64,000 nt of DNA, from contig ADNK01001198.1 of assembly GCA_000320545.1 (NCBI GenBank), positions 49,695 through 113,694 on the forward strand. Direction: 5' to 3'. The translations under genes were made by a program, and so were the position numbers. Below are positions 25,535 to 40,299 of this stretch, piece by piece (positions within the stretch are counted from its first letter, which is position 1; the number at the start of each line of letters is the position of its first letter). The stretch comes from Bigelowiella natans CCMP2755. Its lineage: Eukaryota; Protista; Cercozoa. The notes under the pieces were generated by a model that was not told where the DNA came from, did not search any database, and saw only the letters and a list, made by a program, of their open reading frames with translations.

Positions 25535-27452
25535 GGGAATGCTGTGATTGTACAATTATGATTCGGACTATCAGGAAGAGGAGGAGGATGAGGAGGAAGA
25601 GGAGGATGAGGATACAACATCCATTACTACGAGCATGTTCTAGTTGATATAACCTATTATTTACTCAATAATCTGATTATTTATGACGAGAGAACAATAA
25701 GTAGGATAGATGTGCTAGATCTTTTGGTATAAACAATAACAAAAGCGATTATTATATTTAGGAATTAGTATCTGACTACTACTACTTTTGCTTCGATGTA
25801 TTGCCAATGATTATATTTTGGAATTAATATCTAATTACTACTTTTGCTTGGACGTATTGCCAAAGGACTCTTGCATTGACTGATAACGTCGATACGTAGC
25901 TGGCCACTGTTCCAATGCTAGGGATTGCTGCTTCTTCCACCTTCTTCAGGTCATCATCACCATGATCATCATCTTTCTTTTCTCGTAGTAACTTCGTAAG
26001 ACTTACTGCATCAGAGTACTTTGTTTTATCCGCGGTGTCAGAATTTTGTTCTTCACGTTGTCTTCCTATTTCATTCTTTTGATCATCATAATCTTCCGCT
26101 TGTCCTTCTTGTTGTCCTCCTTCTTTCTTCGTTCCCGCATTATCATCATCACCATCATCACCCGATGTTTTAGTATTATTATTGTTATCTTCTTCTTTCA
26201 ATTCAACAAGAAGCTGACACAGGTACTTTTGCGTGAGGTAGTAGCTATGAAGAAGCTTGGACAATTGTCTCATCATACTGACCATGCACTCAGCAAACCT
26301 TTCTGTGGCCAACAACCCGCATATATCCCTTACATGCAAGCGTTGAAGTTCCCCTTCGTCTCTTACTCTATTATAATCTCCTCCAAATACATCATCACCT
26401 CCTCTTCTACCGCTACTATTCATGAGCCCATCCCCCCCTCCACCCCGACCTCGCTTGTCCATCACAGCAGCCAGGAGCGAATCTCGCATAATTCGTAGTA
26501 CAGTGTTCATAAACGCTTCCTTGAGATCTGCAGCCAACAGCATTTCTTCTTTTAACATCTTATATGTGTGTATCACAGAAACCAAGCTTTGCAGCTTGAA
26601 GTTGCGGCACAATGCCTCCAGCTTTGCAGTTAAGCGCCTTCGAATGAGAGATTTTCCAGTTCGCATACGTTCCCTTAGGCCACTCATACATTCAAAGTGG
26701 GGCGGCAACGCTTGCACCTTATTGTGGCAAGCTCTATATGCTATAATTGCTGCTGGAAAGTTTTCATTTTGAAGCTTTGCATCCAAATCTGCCTCTATCA
26801 GTAGAGCTTCTCGAATAGCCGATAGATGTTTTGCCACCTTTTTAAGACGCGCTATACGTCTTTTCTTCACTAATACGCCTACCACACTGCCGACAAGACC
26901 TTGATCAGCATCTCGCAATGCCATACGGGTGTTGTGACATATCACTCGCGTCTGAGCTACATCAACCTTAATATCGTGGATGTTGTAGATCCCTTGCATA
27001 AATACTTTATGATTTTCCCGCACAAGTCGAGATATGATGGATACGATGTTGCCTCTTAGCTCTTCGACCTGAACCCATATGTTCTCAACGAACCCACCTT
27101 TCGGGATCTTCTCAGGAAGTAGTTCCGCAATCACAATTTCGGCTAACTTATAACTTGGATCAAAGAGTCTCGAATCTAGATCAAGCTTTTCGATAACATC
27201 GAGTGCCGTTCTACTGAAGTGGGTTAGGTAGCGCTCCCAAATCTGCTGTAATTCTGGTGATTCCACCACGCCTCCTAGCCCCTCCTCCCGACTGCTCCTT
27301 GCACGTTGTCTCTCTTGAGCTCTGGTGGATCGATCCTCATCGTTATCTTCATCAACATCTTTGTTGGGAGAGGCTACTATATCCATAACAGGAGGGTCGT
27401 TTTCCAATTGTTCTGGTGCATTTTCCACATTATCATTAGGACCTCCGAGCAT
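20939..27452 (-). CDS. VPS50: VPS50/syndetin (EARP complex subunit), multi-exon
   Basis: Large first exon with a Vps54_N-like coiled coil. The C-terminus RVLVYGYSRIKRCTTEGRASMSLDL...YANDFVK|AFYLPEDDLCKWVAEHPGYS matches the syndetin C-terminal domain. GYNERLNAAESVVFL is also typical. Confidence 0.88.
22095..22268. repeat. 33-bp minisatellite, about 5 copies, intronic
   Basis: Unit gtcgtcgtcatcgtcatcattaccatcatcatt. Confidence 0.9.
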
Positions 27453-27580
27453 CGTGTTGTCGTGTGGCCATTCAGTGCAAGCCTATTAATTCACAAAAAC
27501 AATGATGCTTTTCTATGCCCCTGCCACGATGAGGAGAGAGAATCGGATCTTGAGCAGCTTGGAGGTATGCTCAGGAGTGC

Positions 27581-27632
<52 letters not shown>

Positions 27633-27659
27633 CTAATGGAATGTGACCACCTGTATTTC

Positions 27660-28882
27660 CTACACTGGACCGAGAGCAGTCTCCTTGTTGTTGTTGTTGT
27701 TGTTGTTGTTATTGTTGTCGTCGAGTTGTGTTATCATCACCGGGGATTGAACCTAATCAGCAGGGATTTAACCGCGATAGTGAGATTGGATACTCTTCAG
27801 AGATTCTTTAATGCTACTTAGGGAATTTCTCCAGGATGACGTATTTCCTACCATGGGGTACTCCTACTCTCCTCTCAAAAAGTGTACTGTAGACCTAACT
27901 CATTGAGATGATGATTTGAATTCCAAAAATTCTTACTTGTGTTCGTGCTTTTCATTGAAATCAGAGGGAGTTTCCGCTTTTCTTGCGAGTTGCAGAACGA
28001 ACACACTGCAGTAGAAGAACAAATAAATCCCGGTAGCTTTAGATGTTTCCGCATGAAAATTAGGCCCAAAAAATAGTAAGCCATAAATAAAATAATCAAT
28101 ATCATTTTGTTCGGATATAAATTATGAGGATGGATGATGAAGGATGCATCATGATCGATCGAGGATGATAATGAGGCCTCCTTGAGTGCAGACCTGCTCA
28201 CCCAATGTCTGTTTGGGACCGTAAAAGCTCCAGGCCTTTATATACGCGCCGTTTAGGCCACAAAGTCCATGGAAGATATTCCTTACCTCGTCAGAAGTCC
28301 CAGCCGTTGCCAACCGTGAAGAGAGCCGCCTCGTTGCCTCGAAGAGCCTCGGTTCCGAAAGTCGTCGAAGTTGTAGAGAACCCCGCAACATCGGAAGCTG
28401 AGCTTGGTATTAAAAGTATTTGAAATGATCGGAAGTTATTTTCAAACCAATCTTCTTAATTGACAGTGTTCAGAAATGCCGGAGAAATCGATACAAAGAT
28501 ACCTTTCAACATGATTGTCGGTATTAGGTAATCCTTGTTGTAGTGCTTCTTGGATTTTTCTTTCCATGACGGACAGCCTCCTTATTTCTTTTATTATAGA
28601 TTTGAACTGAGGCACGAGAAACTTCGCGATGAGGTCTTCGCATGCCAACAAATGGATGATCTCTTACTTCCTTCCATTGCCGCTTCGAGTTAAATATTTG
28701 TTTCAAATATTTCATCAGTTGGATGGACAGCTTGTCGTGGTGACCCGTACTCATGCTGTCGGACTGTACCAATGGGCATCTTGGATTTTTTTCATCATCT
28801 TTGCCTTTGCAACGGCATACTCCGTGCACAAAATCGTAATAATGATGAACACTAACAAATTCGACGTTTTGCATTTCTTCAT
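27660..28882 (-). pseudogene. Fragmented coding-like region (pseudogene or assembly indels)
   Basis: Signal-peptide-like start MKKCKTSNLLVFIIITILCTEYAVAKA at 28882, followed by protein-like segments in different frames (KLSIQLMKYLKQIFNSKRQWKE; LACEDLIAKFLVPQFKSIIKEIRRL). No continuous model could be built. Confidence 0.3.
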
Positions 28883-29378
28883 TCTTTTTGCAGTTATGTC
28901 ACAGCAATGATTGTTTTTACCATGTTATAGACGGGACCATTCACGTCGTTCCTGGTTATGCTTTGTTGGGGAGTCAGTGTCACCGTTAGTTTCTATAGTT
29001 CCGGTAGGATTTTCCGCATGATTATTTATCTAATTCTTAAATCGTTACGGAAATATTCTTTTTAATTGTATTTGTGTATTTAGTGGTATTAAAAGTACCT
29101 TTGGGGTTATTCTATGTTTCAGGGACTACAATCACACGCGCCACACAAAAGAATCGGCCTCGCGCTCTTTCTCTGACACAACAACAACGTTATTCGACAT
29201 TATTTAGCTCAAGTTCAACAAATCATCATGGACCTATTACACCACCAAAGGTAGTAGTAGTACACCATTTTCTTTGGGATTCAAAAAGTGACACGTTCGA
29301 ATTTTCCCCTTAGTTACATATCTTCTTATACTTGTGCACAAATCATCTTCTGCGCTTGATGATGTCTCATAATTCTAG

Positions 29379-31333
29379 ATGTTATACACACCGCCACTGA
29401 AGGGCTCCTACCACAATGATGCGAGCTTGACGAAGAAGTTAGTTTCTTCAATGCCTAAGATAAGTCTCGACAGGGATGATGATGATGATGATGATGTTGG
29501 TGGTAGTGGTGACGATAACGATCACCATGACCATGACGATCAATCCTTCAAAGTGACGGGAACCATGTCCAAGAAGCTATTTGCAGCTGCAGATGCTCTT
29601 GATTCACTGTTTATCCTTCCTCCCACTCCCTCGGTTTCAATTGTGAGGAAGAGGAGCAGATCCAGTTCTGGAACCTCCAAAGCATCACGGGGGGAAGGAG
29701 AAGAGGAAGATGAGAGTAAAATGGGGTTAGAGGAAATAAGAGGAGGAACTCCCAGCACACCCTGCAGGGACGTGATACAGACGAAGAAAAGCCAGAGGAA
29801 AATGAAAAGTAATTTATTGAGAAATAGAGCAAAGAGTAGCTCATCGGCTGGTTCTTGTCGTAAAAAAAAGAGAAGAATGCAACACGAAGCCAACCACACC
29901 CACCTCCAGCACCACCACCACCTCAATAGTAATAAAATCAAGAGAGGCGTGCCTTTGGGACCCGTGATCAATTGGTCTGGACAGCTCTCTGTGTTCTATC
30001 TCTTCGTATGGCATGTACCATTACAAGTCGGAATCAGCTTTGGACCAAGAATCGTTGGGTGCTGTATTATGGCGTTCGTTCTTATCCTTCTGCGTGCTGG
30101 TCGCCATAAAGCCTTATGGCATGAAAGGTGAAGTAATGATGATAATGTAGTGAGATACCACCCTCTCTCAGCCTAGATTAGTACTAAATATCATTCCCAA
30201 TTTCTTGTGACATTCTCGTGGGTGGCTGTTGCCATGGCCGTGTGTGTGATCATCTTCTAATGTGCTATTATCAAAAGGGCGGCGGTCGGTCCATTTGGAT
30301 CAATGAGGCTTTTCCGTCCCCCAATGCCTACATTTCCCATTCGAATCATATTCTCACAGGTGGGTAGGGTAGGGGTAGGTATAGGGAAGGTAGGTAGGGC
30401 GATAGCTAGTGGAGTTACTAGTAGCTTGCAATTTGTGTTTGTTCTTAGGAGGAGGGCTAGATACTCTATAATTTTTTAACATCATCATCATCACATGTAC
30501 TTCTTCTTCTTCTTCTTCTTCTTGAGGTCGTATGGATGAGTAATAGCACACAATAATTATTATATACATAAATTAACAATAGGCCCACCTTCCTAAGCTG
30601 TTCGACCTCCGGTCAGCCATCCTTGCTATCCCAGAGGGTAGAAAGGCTGTCAGGGATGTTGCTGTTGGTGGCTACTGGACAGAGGGAATTACATCAGCTT
30701 TGCTGCCAAGCGGACTCTACAACAACACCCGTGCGTGGGGACTTCATAACGATAAGAGAGACAATAGAATACTAGCGTCAAGTTAATTAGTGTGCAAAGC
30801 TATTGTTCATAGAGAAAGTAGTCTATGCACTTCACTTGTGTATATTGTATACTGTTGGCGTTGAAGTTGTAGCCATAGATGATTGTTCTCGATGATGTTC
30901 AGGTTTGAGGCAATTGGGGCACGTTATTATTAATTTTTTAATCCCAGCATTCTTCATCTTGCAGGTGGTAACATATTATGTACATTGGTAAACTAGTATG
31001 CGATGTATTAAATATGCATAAACAACGTACATATAGTAATAATAATAATGATAAGAATAATATATGCAAAGTGTCAAGTAGGAGAAGGAGAAGGAGGGAG
31101 GAGTGGAATGATGAAAGATGCAGCAGATAATTATTGTTGAGTAGTGGTTTGACTGATATATGATGACATCATACGGAAAAACAGGGCCTAAGCGTACTAG
31201 TACCGTGGGCATGGGGCCATGCAGTCACCCTCTCCGCTCTCCTAGGAAAGGATATTGGGGTAGTAGAAGCTGTATAATATGTATACCCATGTATTAATAC
31301 TTGTTTGCTATCATTATTACCAATCAACATGTG

Positions 31334-31370
<37 letters not shown>

Positions 31371-31872
31371 ATGTCAATGCAAAAGGTTTAGTACTTAGTT
31401 CATATCACCACCCTCACCACCATCATCATCATCATCGCAGGTACATCTTTTGAAACGAGGTTTTCAAGCAATATCACGGATGTTCATCCACTCGTTCGCC
31501 TTCTTGGTGCCAGATTTTGGCCGATTATTCTCCCGCTTAGCTATACCTCTAAGATTGATCTTTTCGTTGCTCTCTGGAGTGGTTAAATCTGCGTTGAGGA
31601 TAGTTCTCAACTACATTGTTCCTTCTGATACAGTCCTCACCTATGCAAGAGCTAGATTTGCAGAATTACAATCTTTGGCATCACCAATGTTGAGGATAGG
31701 GACTAGATTGGCAAGAAATATTTCAACATTTGTCCATTACCTGACAGCACCTCTGATCGTGTCCTTTAAGTTGGCTTGTACCGCAATATCTGCTGTATCT
31801 CAAGCAATTGCGTTTCTCTGCAGAGGACTCATTGGTGGCATATATCCTATCGTCTCCGCATGGTACTTATTG

Positions 31873-31907
<35 letters not shown>

Positions 31908-31971
31908 GATGTGTATTTCTGACAGCGACTACGTCTTAATTGGGAAAAAGAATGCAGCGAACAACTTTTAA

Positions 31972-32039
<68 letters not shown>

Positions 32040-33439
32040 TTTATAATTTTCATCCATCTTAACTTCTATGTCCTACCCATAGTCATCTATAATATTTTCC
32101 CTCCCCTCTATTTCCACAATAATCCCCTTGATGATAGTGTTTGTAACGAATTATTTCCACTTAACTTTCATCAGTATTTCGTTGATTCGAAGTGTCGCAT
32201 TCGAGCCGATAAGGATTGTCATCGTCGCAGTCGTCACCGTCTTCCATACTTTCTTCAAGTAATACATCAGAATCCTTCTCCCTTCTCTTCCTCGCCCCCA
32301 TTAGAGAGAAATACTACTTGTATTGAATCGTCACAACATTATTCATCATACAATACACTTCATCGTATCGTCGTCGTCATTACTGCCTTCATCGCCATGA
32401 TCCTTTTCTTCATCTTTACCGTATATTATTATTCAGATTGATTAGTGAGATAGTGCGAGTAATAGTGTCGCTCTTGACGGCTGCTTTAAGTTTGATGCGT
32501 GCTTTGGCTCTTCGTGTTCCTGGTCTTGCCAAGTTTGCCAAGCAGGTAATAGTAGTAGTAATAGTAGTAGTAATGGTGGTATTAGGATTTATATCGAATA
32601 ATAACAATAATAAGGAAAACCACTAACTACTACTACTTTCATCGCTATTCACAGGTCAGTGACCAGCTGATTGCTCTCCAGAAGAGAGATCCGTTGTTTT
32701 GGTACAGAATGCGCGCTACAGCACTGGTTCTTGCCTCAGGGTAATACTATTTGGCAAAATAGCAGCTAATATTGCTTGCACCACCCTTTATTATTTATAT
32801 ATTGTGAATTTGGTGATGACAATGATGTTAATCAAAATACTTAGGTTGGTGGCGTCATTTGCTCTCTTGTTTTCGCCTGTAATTGCAATGACGTTATTGG
32901 CAAGTGTCAGTGTTCCAATTATGTTATTTCCTCCCTTTAGAGATTGGGTTCTTACAATACCAACGATATTGCTTCGTAGACCACAATTCAGTGCGAGCAC
33001 AGAGTCGAACCCACCATCATCATCATCAACCACATCTTCTATTATGAGGATGATCTCTGGTGATAACGATGATGATAATGTCACCGGTGGTGGTAGTATT
33101 GATCATAATGACGGCGATGGCGAAGGAGTCGGTACTGGTATTCTACCCAGTATCAGTAGCAGCAACAGCAGCACCACCAGTAACAACAATAGCAGCCAAA
33201 CGGACAATAATAATAATAATAGTAAGAGCAACATGATGGACGAAAAGAGGCACCAAAACAGTAGCAACGTCAACAATGGCGAAATAGAGCAGAAGAATAG
33301 GAAGTCGAGGCACTATCAAATATCGTCTTCATTAAACGCCAATGTAGCAGCAGCATCAACACCAAATGAAGAATCTAATCACAACTCGGATGACGAGGTT
33401 GTTGCTGACGCAGACGTCGGGCCCCTAGGCAGCACGTAG
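29379..33439 (+). CDS. Unknown membrane-associated protein, multi-exon
   Basis: Disordered basic N-terminus, hydrophobic segments, a long amphipathic-helix region (31441-32545), a hydrophobic stretch LVLASG|LVASFALLFSPVIAMTLLASVSVPIMLFPPF, and an Asn/Ser-rich tail. GT-AG junctions are consistent. Confidence 0.65.
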
Positions 33440-33659
33440 GCCCCTACTCACGTCAATTATTATTGCTGCAATTGGGCCATAAGGAAGAGAAGAAGAGATG
33501 AAGCATAGAGATGAGGAACATCCCCTGGGAGGGAGAGGAGAAAGGCTAGCTGTTGTGCGGTTGTGGTGTATAGAAGCAGAAATATCGAAGTAGCATTGAT
33601 GAAGCGATTCTACGGTTTTGTTCAGATTGTTCGATTTTCTGTCCGGCATACTGCGCAGT

Positions 33660-34490
33660 CAAATGCATGTAGCATGAGTGCTAGAGTGGACATTGATGAT
33701 GGACACAGCAATGAGACACATCTAGACGCATGATGTGTACAAGATACATGACATGTATCACATTGGATGTCTATCATATTGCTAGATTGCATGTGTGTGA
33801 TGTCCTAGTGTGTGTCACGCACGTGTGCGCATTGCTAGATTGCTAGATTGTCCATTGTTGTCTAGTTGTGTTCACGTCATTGCTTGTGTTGGTTGCACGC
33901 AGCACGTGGGCTAGTGGATCATCACTGGATCGCATGACATGCTGGCGTGGGCCTGCTAGCTGCATCTAGGCATGCGTGCTGCGTGCCATGCGTTTGCCAC
34001 GTGGTGCGTATATGCGCACATCGCAACTTCGTCGGCTGTCGAGCACACCTTGCTAGCTTGGCTTGGCACATCTAGACGTGCTCTGGACGTCCAGAGCTAG
34101 AGAGGTGCACACTGCATCAGTATTTCCAGTGGATTTTCACGAGAGTTTCAGGTTGCAGCACTGCTGGACTGGAGCAAAAAGAAGCATTGAACATTGAACA
34201 TTGAACAACAATCGATGAACAATGAACTTGATGATGGACTGCATGCACTTCCAAAGTTTTGTGAGACATCACCACATTGGAACGCGTTGAGCTTTTTAGC
34301 TTTGCATGACGAATGAGTAAAATTATGCGGTCATCGCCATGTGAATGAATGAAGCAGTTCCATGGGAGTGGTTGAGAGGATCGTGGGTCACACTGACTCA
34401 TCCGTGCAATCACCAATTGGCAATCACCAGACTGGAGACGTCCACATTGGACGTCCATCGCGCCTTGGAGCACAGACATCGTACGACACG
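33660..34490. other. CTAG/palindrome-rich intergenic island 4 (tandem +,+)
   Basis: About 13 CTAG in 33680-34100. ATTGCTAGATTG three times. 18-bp palindrome at 34080-34097. TpA-free stretches at 34123-34296 and 34326-34481. Confidence 0.85.
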
Positions 34491-34757
34491 ATTTTCATCA
34501 TGTCGTCTGCAGAAAAAATAGGGCAACGGTTGCAGTTGGAGAGATTGGCATTTGTTTTAGTTACTGCGACATGAAATATGGTCTATGTATGGACAAAACC
34601 GCATGCATTTGATGAAACTTCTCGTGGGAACAGAGAGCTGCTAGGAGTGCTGCCAACCTTCGGAGCGTGTTGTGCACGTACTACGGCCTGAAAATAATAC
34701 ATAGAACAAGAACAAGAGAACAAGGAGGAGGACGAAGACCTAAGCAAGAAAGACATC

Positions 34758-35324
34758 ATGGAGGTCTTGCGAATCGTTAGTATGAGAGTGTGGTGGTGGT
34801 AGTGATGGCTATGATAATGGTAAAAGAAAGTTCCTCGTACCACGTGCTGCTGCTGCTTGTTTCATATTGGACCTACCTATGATGATGAACCCTGCACTAG
34901 CTACAAAAAGAGTGGAGAACGATGGGAGAGGAATACGATGAATGCAAATCTAATCCATTGATGTCAGGCATGGAAGGAATTCGAAGGTGTCTGCATTGGC
35001 ACTCAGGTGGAACATACTCACAGAGAGAGTAAGAGTTAGAGATAGGAGGATAACATATGGAAATGGAATATCGTATGACATATTTATAGGATCCAGACAA
35101 CCCGACACGAATTGCTGCCGAGAGAAAGTATGGGGAAATGAGAAGCAACAGTTCCTACTATTTTCCCAAGCTTTTCCAAACTTTGCAGGTGATGATCATC
35201 AACACCCCTCTTTGCCCCATTTCCTCTATACTCTCTCTATACTCTCGATATTCTTTATTGCTACATGTACATGCACATGCACACGCATACACGCGTGCTC
35301 ACTTGCCCTTAACACACATTAACA

Positions 35325-35357
<33 letters not shown>

Positions 35358-36267
35358 CTTCTTACAGTCCACGAACGATTCACGAGTGAGGATGTTCTGC
35401 TGCGTGATGCTACGTCAGGATGTATGCAGTAACAGTATATTCATCTATACACACGCCAACTACTTACAAACACTCTTATGCTTGCACGTAGCTATACGAC
35501 GTATTCAATGCCTCCGTGATGCATTTATATCATGATATGCATTTTCCCGATATATACACAATTCCAAAGCCACGTTGTTGCGACCAATATCACCGCCCTT
35601 CTTCCTCCTTATTTCTCCTTCTACTTCTTCTCGTCTCCCTACTTCATATGTATATATTATATATAGGTCAGCTCTGATGTATGGGGAAAGTCCTCTTCGC
35701 ATGTACTACTTAGCAAACACACGTTAAGAAGCAACATATGCTAACACTAGGGGCTTCATGCTTGATAAATCTCCTCTTCACATATATTAATAAGCACACC
35801 CTTTTCACGTCATCCGATAAGACATATGGCGCTTCTGTGTATGTTGTTGCTCCCATTTTTTGTATCTATACATAGTGATTGAAATGCTCATATGTAGCGA
35901 GTAGCGTACGGTATCATTGAGCACAGAGAGCACCAGCAGCAGTAGCAAATGTCGTTACTTATCATGCTACTTATCATTTAGGTAAAGGGAGAGGTGAAGA
36001 AAAGCATTTTGAGACTTGTGTCATCCCAGCAAAATGACGGTATAGCAATGCACACAAAAACTACTGAAAGCACAAAACACAGCTATTATACTAAGGAGAA
36101 GAGAGCATGATGATTCTGATGGTTATTTAATGGAATGTGATTCATCTCTAATAATAGCCTATCGTCGTTGTCGTTGTTACGGTCTTTGTTTTCTTTTAGC
36201 AAAACTCTGCATTGCCCTGGCGGAAGCAGCAGGAGCTCTTGCGAGCCGCTGCTACAAAGGTACTACC

Positions 36268-36301
<34 letters not shown>

Positions 36302-36411
36302 TGGAATATGGAGAAGCAAGAAAGGAGGCTAGAGATATGACAATAACAATAAGAAGAATAAGATGATGAATGTAGTAAATAGAGGAGGAGGAGATAGTGC
36401 AACATACGTTG

Positions 36412-36450
<39 letters not shown>

Positions 36451-36934
36451 CATATATTTTACTTTGAAGCATGTACAAACACACGCACACGCATAGATAC
36501 ACCCACACGTCTTTTTCTTCTTCTTCTTCTACTTCTTCTACTTCTTCTACTACTTCTCCTTCTACTTTTACGCGCATAGACGATGATGGCTGGCCAGACC
36601 TCATTCCCTTCATCCTTAAAATGAGCACAAGTAATCATCCTTCACAGGTTGGTACTACTGCATACAGCAAATGACTTTCCAAACTGCAAACAGCAATATC
36701 AGCCTCTCTCCTCTCCGCCTCCTCCTCCTCTTACAACAATAAAATAAATACGTGAATGCCTTTCTTCCTCTTCTTCGCATTAAGAGGATAATAATGGTGC
36801 TGGCATGATAATTCAGACAACAGCTTCCTTGACACTTGTTGCGACCATAGCTGAGTATGCAATGGAGAAATTGGTACTGCTGCTACTACAACAACAACTA
36901 ATACTACTACTACTGCTACTACTACTACTACTAC

Positions 36935-36986
<52 letters not shown>

Positions 36987-37179
36987 GAGAATATTGAAGA
37001 TTATAACTGATTACACCTAAGTTGTTCCTCTAACTAATATGAAATACATCTATGTGTTTGCTTATTTATCACCATACTCAAAGAAATCTCACAAGGGCAC
37101 ACTGGAAAAGCTTCATGGATGTATGTTGTTGTTGTCGTTAAAGTGTGGAATAATAATAAAAGTGAAAGGGCACTTCATC

Positions 37180-37217
<38 letters not shown>

Positions 37218-37964
37218 ACACACACCGCGGTTAGATAATTGTTGTAACAACTATCAGGGATTGGAAAGATCCTTCAAATGAACGTAGATGGAGGAGGAAG
37301 AGGAGGAGGCAAAGCAGTAGTTCTAGCCCAAGGTCCCCCTTCCCCTCCCCCTTACTTCCATTAATAATAATGCTCCTAATTTGATGATGGTATTATTGCT
37401 ACTTTGTCCTATTTGCTGTTCAATATGTAATAATGCCTTAGTTGCTGCAATCAAGGCCCTTGTCCAAATATTGATGTCGCTCAAACCAGGTACTTATACT
37501 TCCTCATATATATTATGTGTGTGTGTGTGTGTCTGTGTAGATATAACTATCATCATCATCAACATCATCAACATCATCAATATCATCATCATCTATTATT
37601 ATAATTATCATCTTCTACTCTCCTTTACACCACCACCATGCATCTAATTTCTGTGTGATGCACAAAGATTCCCCACCAGCAGCAGCATTTGGGAAACTGG
37701 TAGGAGGAATATTTAAGGTTTGTTTTTAGGCTATTTATTAGAGGAGTAGTATATATGAAATGAGAGATAATATAACCCCCCCACTATCATCATCATCAAA
37801 AATAATCATATCTCACGTAAGTAATAAATAATATAACATAACCTCCTCCTCCTCCTCCTCCTCCTCCTCCTCCTCCTTGCTACTCTTCTCCATCCCAGAT
37901 CACTGCTGATGTGAGTAGGAAGGATATGGAAGATAGGTTGTTGGAGCTCCTCACACAGGTACTG

Positions 37965-37995
<31 letters not shown>

Positions 37996-38152
37996 ATGAT
38001 ATATATTCTATCAGTCGATAAATGATAGTACACTAGCAGCAATTGAAGGGGGGCTGTTGTTTGTTTGGGATTATGACAATTGTGTATGATGATGATGATG
38101 ATGATGACGGATGGACAATGAATTTTATACGTTAATGTAATAAGTGTACAAG

Positions 38153-38210
<58 letters not shown>

Positions 38211-38416
38211 ATATGTATGCGTAAGATCATCATTATCATCATCATCGTCGTCATCATCATTACTTCTCATTTTAACGTATTTCTTTGTTGTTGTTGTTGT
38301 TGTTGTTGTTGTTAATAGTCCATGACACTCGTCGTGAATCGTTTCAACATGATATTACCATTATCTCCCAAGATCATCGATTTGATGGTTAGCATTGCTA
38401 TGAATGGGAATTCGGG

Positions 38417-38454
<38 letters not shown>

Positions 38455-39382
38455 TAGTAGTAGTAAGTAGAACTACACGATTAACTGATGATAATGTACT
38501 GCATGATCATCTACTGATCTATCGATCCTTATTCGAAATGGCTTATAATTCTCAGAAGGAAGTTGCACTCCTGAAAACAAAAGATTGGCATTATCTATTA
38601 TCGTACAAATAGCGTCGAGGTAGTAATGGTAGCACTTGTAGTAGTAGAAGTTGTTGTTGTTGTTGTTGTAGTAGTAGTAGTAGTAGTAGCTGGTGCTGGT
38701 ACTACTACTACTCTTCCATTGGTTATCCTCCATTGATTTGCTACTTACTATTCTTTGTAGAGGTCGTTCAAACATCAAGACATTGCCATCGGTAGGAGCA
38801 AGAGAGTAGTACACCGTTATCTCATCATTATCATCACCTTCATCATCATCATTATCACCTTCATCATCATCATCATCATCATCATCACCTTCATCATCAC
38901 CATCATTACCATCATCGTCATCACTATCGTCATTGTGGTTACTACTTTTTATAAGAGAACTATTAACACAATTCCTCTCTCCCCCTCCTCCTCCTCCTCT
39001 AGAATGAGCAGCAACTGATGTTGTTTGTTGTTGGTTGTTGCTGGTGTATATTCTTTCCTGTTGTCGGATATATATATGACGTACTAAAGATCCAAAAGAG
39101 CGTGATTCCCGCTGCCTTTTCATTCTTGAAGAAAGTGGAGATGGAGGTTGATGAATGGGCTGATCGGTCAGTGGCATTGCATAGCATTGTATCAATCAAT
39201 CAATCAATCAATTAATCAAGCCCTGCTTTAAGAACACACACACACACACACGTTGAACATGATTAAACGAAGATTGATTCCCTTTATCTGCTGCTGCTGC
39301 TATATAAAGAGGCTCTGCTGACTTTGAGGAGGAAGATTTCAGGTGCTGTTTGTTTGTTTGTCTGCTGCTGCTATTATTATCA

Positions 39383-39413
<31 letters not shown>

Positions 39414-40260
39414 AATTATTATCATTATTACCAACAGTACTACTGCTACTACTACTACTACTACTACTAAGACTTGTAGTAATAATAATGCTCTCCTCCT
39501 CCTCCTCCTCCTCCTCCTCCTCCTATTCATCACAAAATAACAATTACTTTTAGAGTTGGGATGGAGACTCTAGATTATCTCTCTTGCTATCTTGGTGCTG
39601 AAACATTCTTCCCTGGTATGCATCATCGTGACTATCATTATCATCATGATTATCATCACTATCATCATCATCGTCATCGTCGTCGTCATCATCATCTTTC
39701 CTGATCCATGTATGATCGCAAGAAGATCTGATGATGATGATGATGACGATGATAACGATGATAATGATGATAATGATGATAGATGATGCTTGATGATGGC
39801 CTCTTCCACATTAAACTATAGCACCTAGTACTCAATCCCCTCTTATCTCTTATCATCATCAGGGCTATGGCGGTTACTTCCAGCTGCCTTCTCCTCCAAG
39901 AACTGGGTTTGCTGTTTTGAGTGTGTTTTGAGTTGTTTGAGCTATTATGCGTGGGTAGTATGATCACCATCATTCTTATCATCTCATCATCATTGTGCAA
40001 CAACAACAACAACAACAAATCAGAGAGAGAGGCATGCTGGATTGATGGGTATATGTGCTGCCTCTGAAGGTGTTAGTACTAGAAGTAGCAGTAGAAGTAG
40101 TAGAAGAAGAATAAACGAATGGATGAATTAACTAATTGGTTAGTATTTCTAACACCACCACAAGCATCATGCTAACATCAAATCCCCATTTCCAGTATTT
40201 GCACATGCTGTTTATGGAAGAAGAAGAACAAATAGTGTCATCTCACGACAATGATACGTG

Positions 40261-40299
<39 letters not shown>

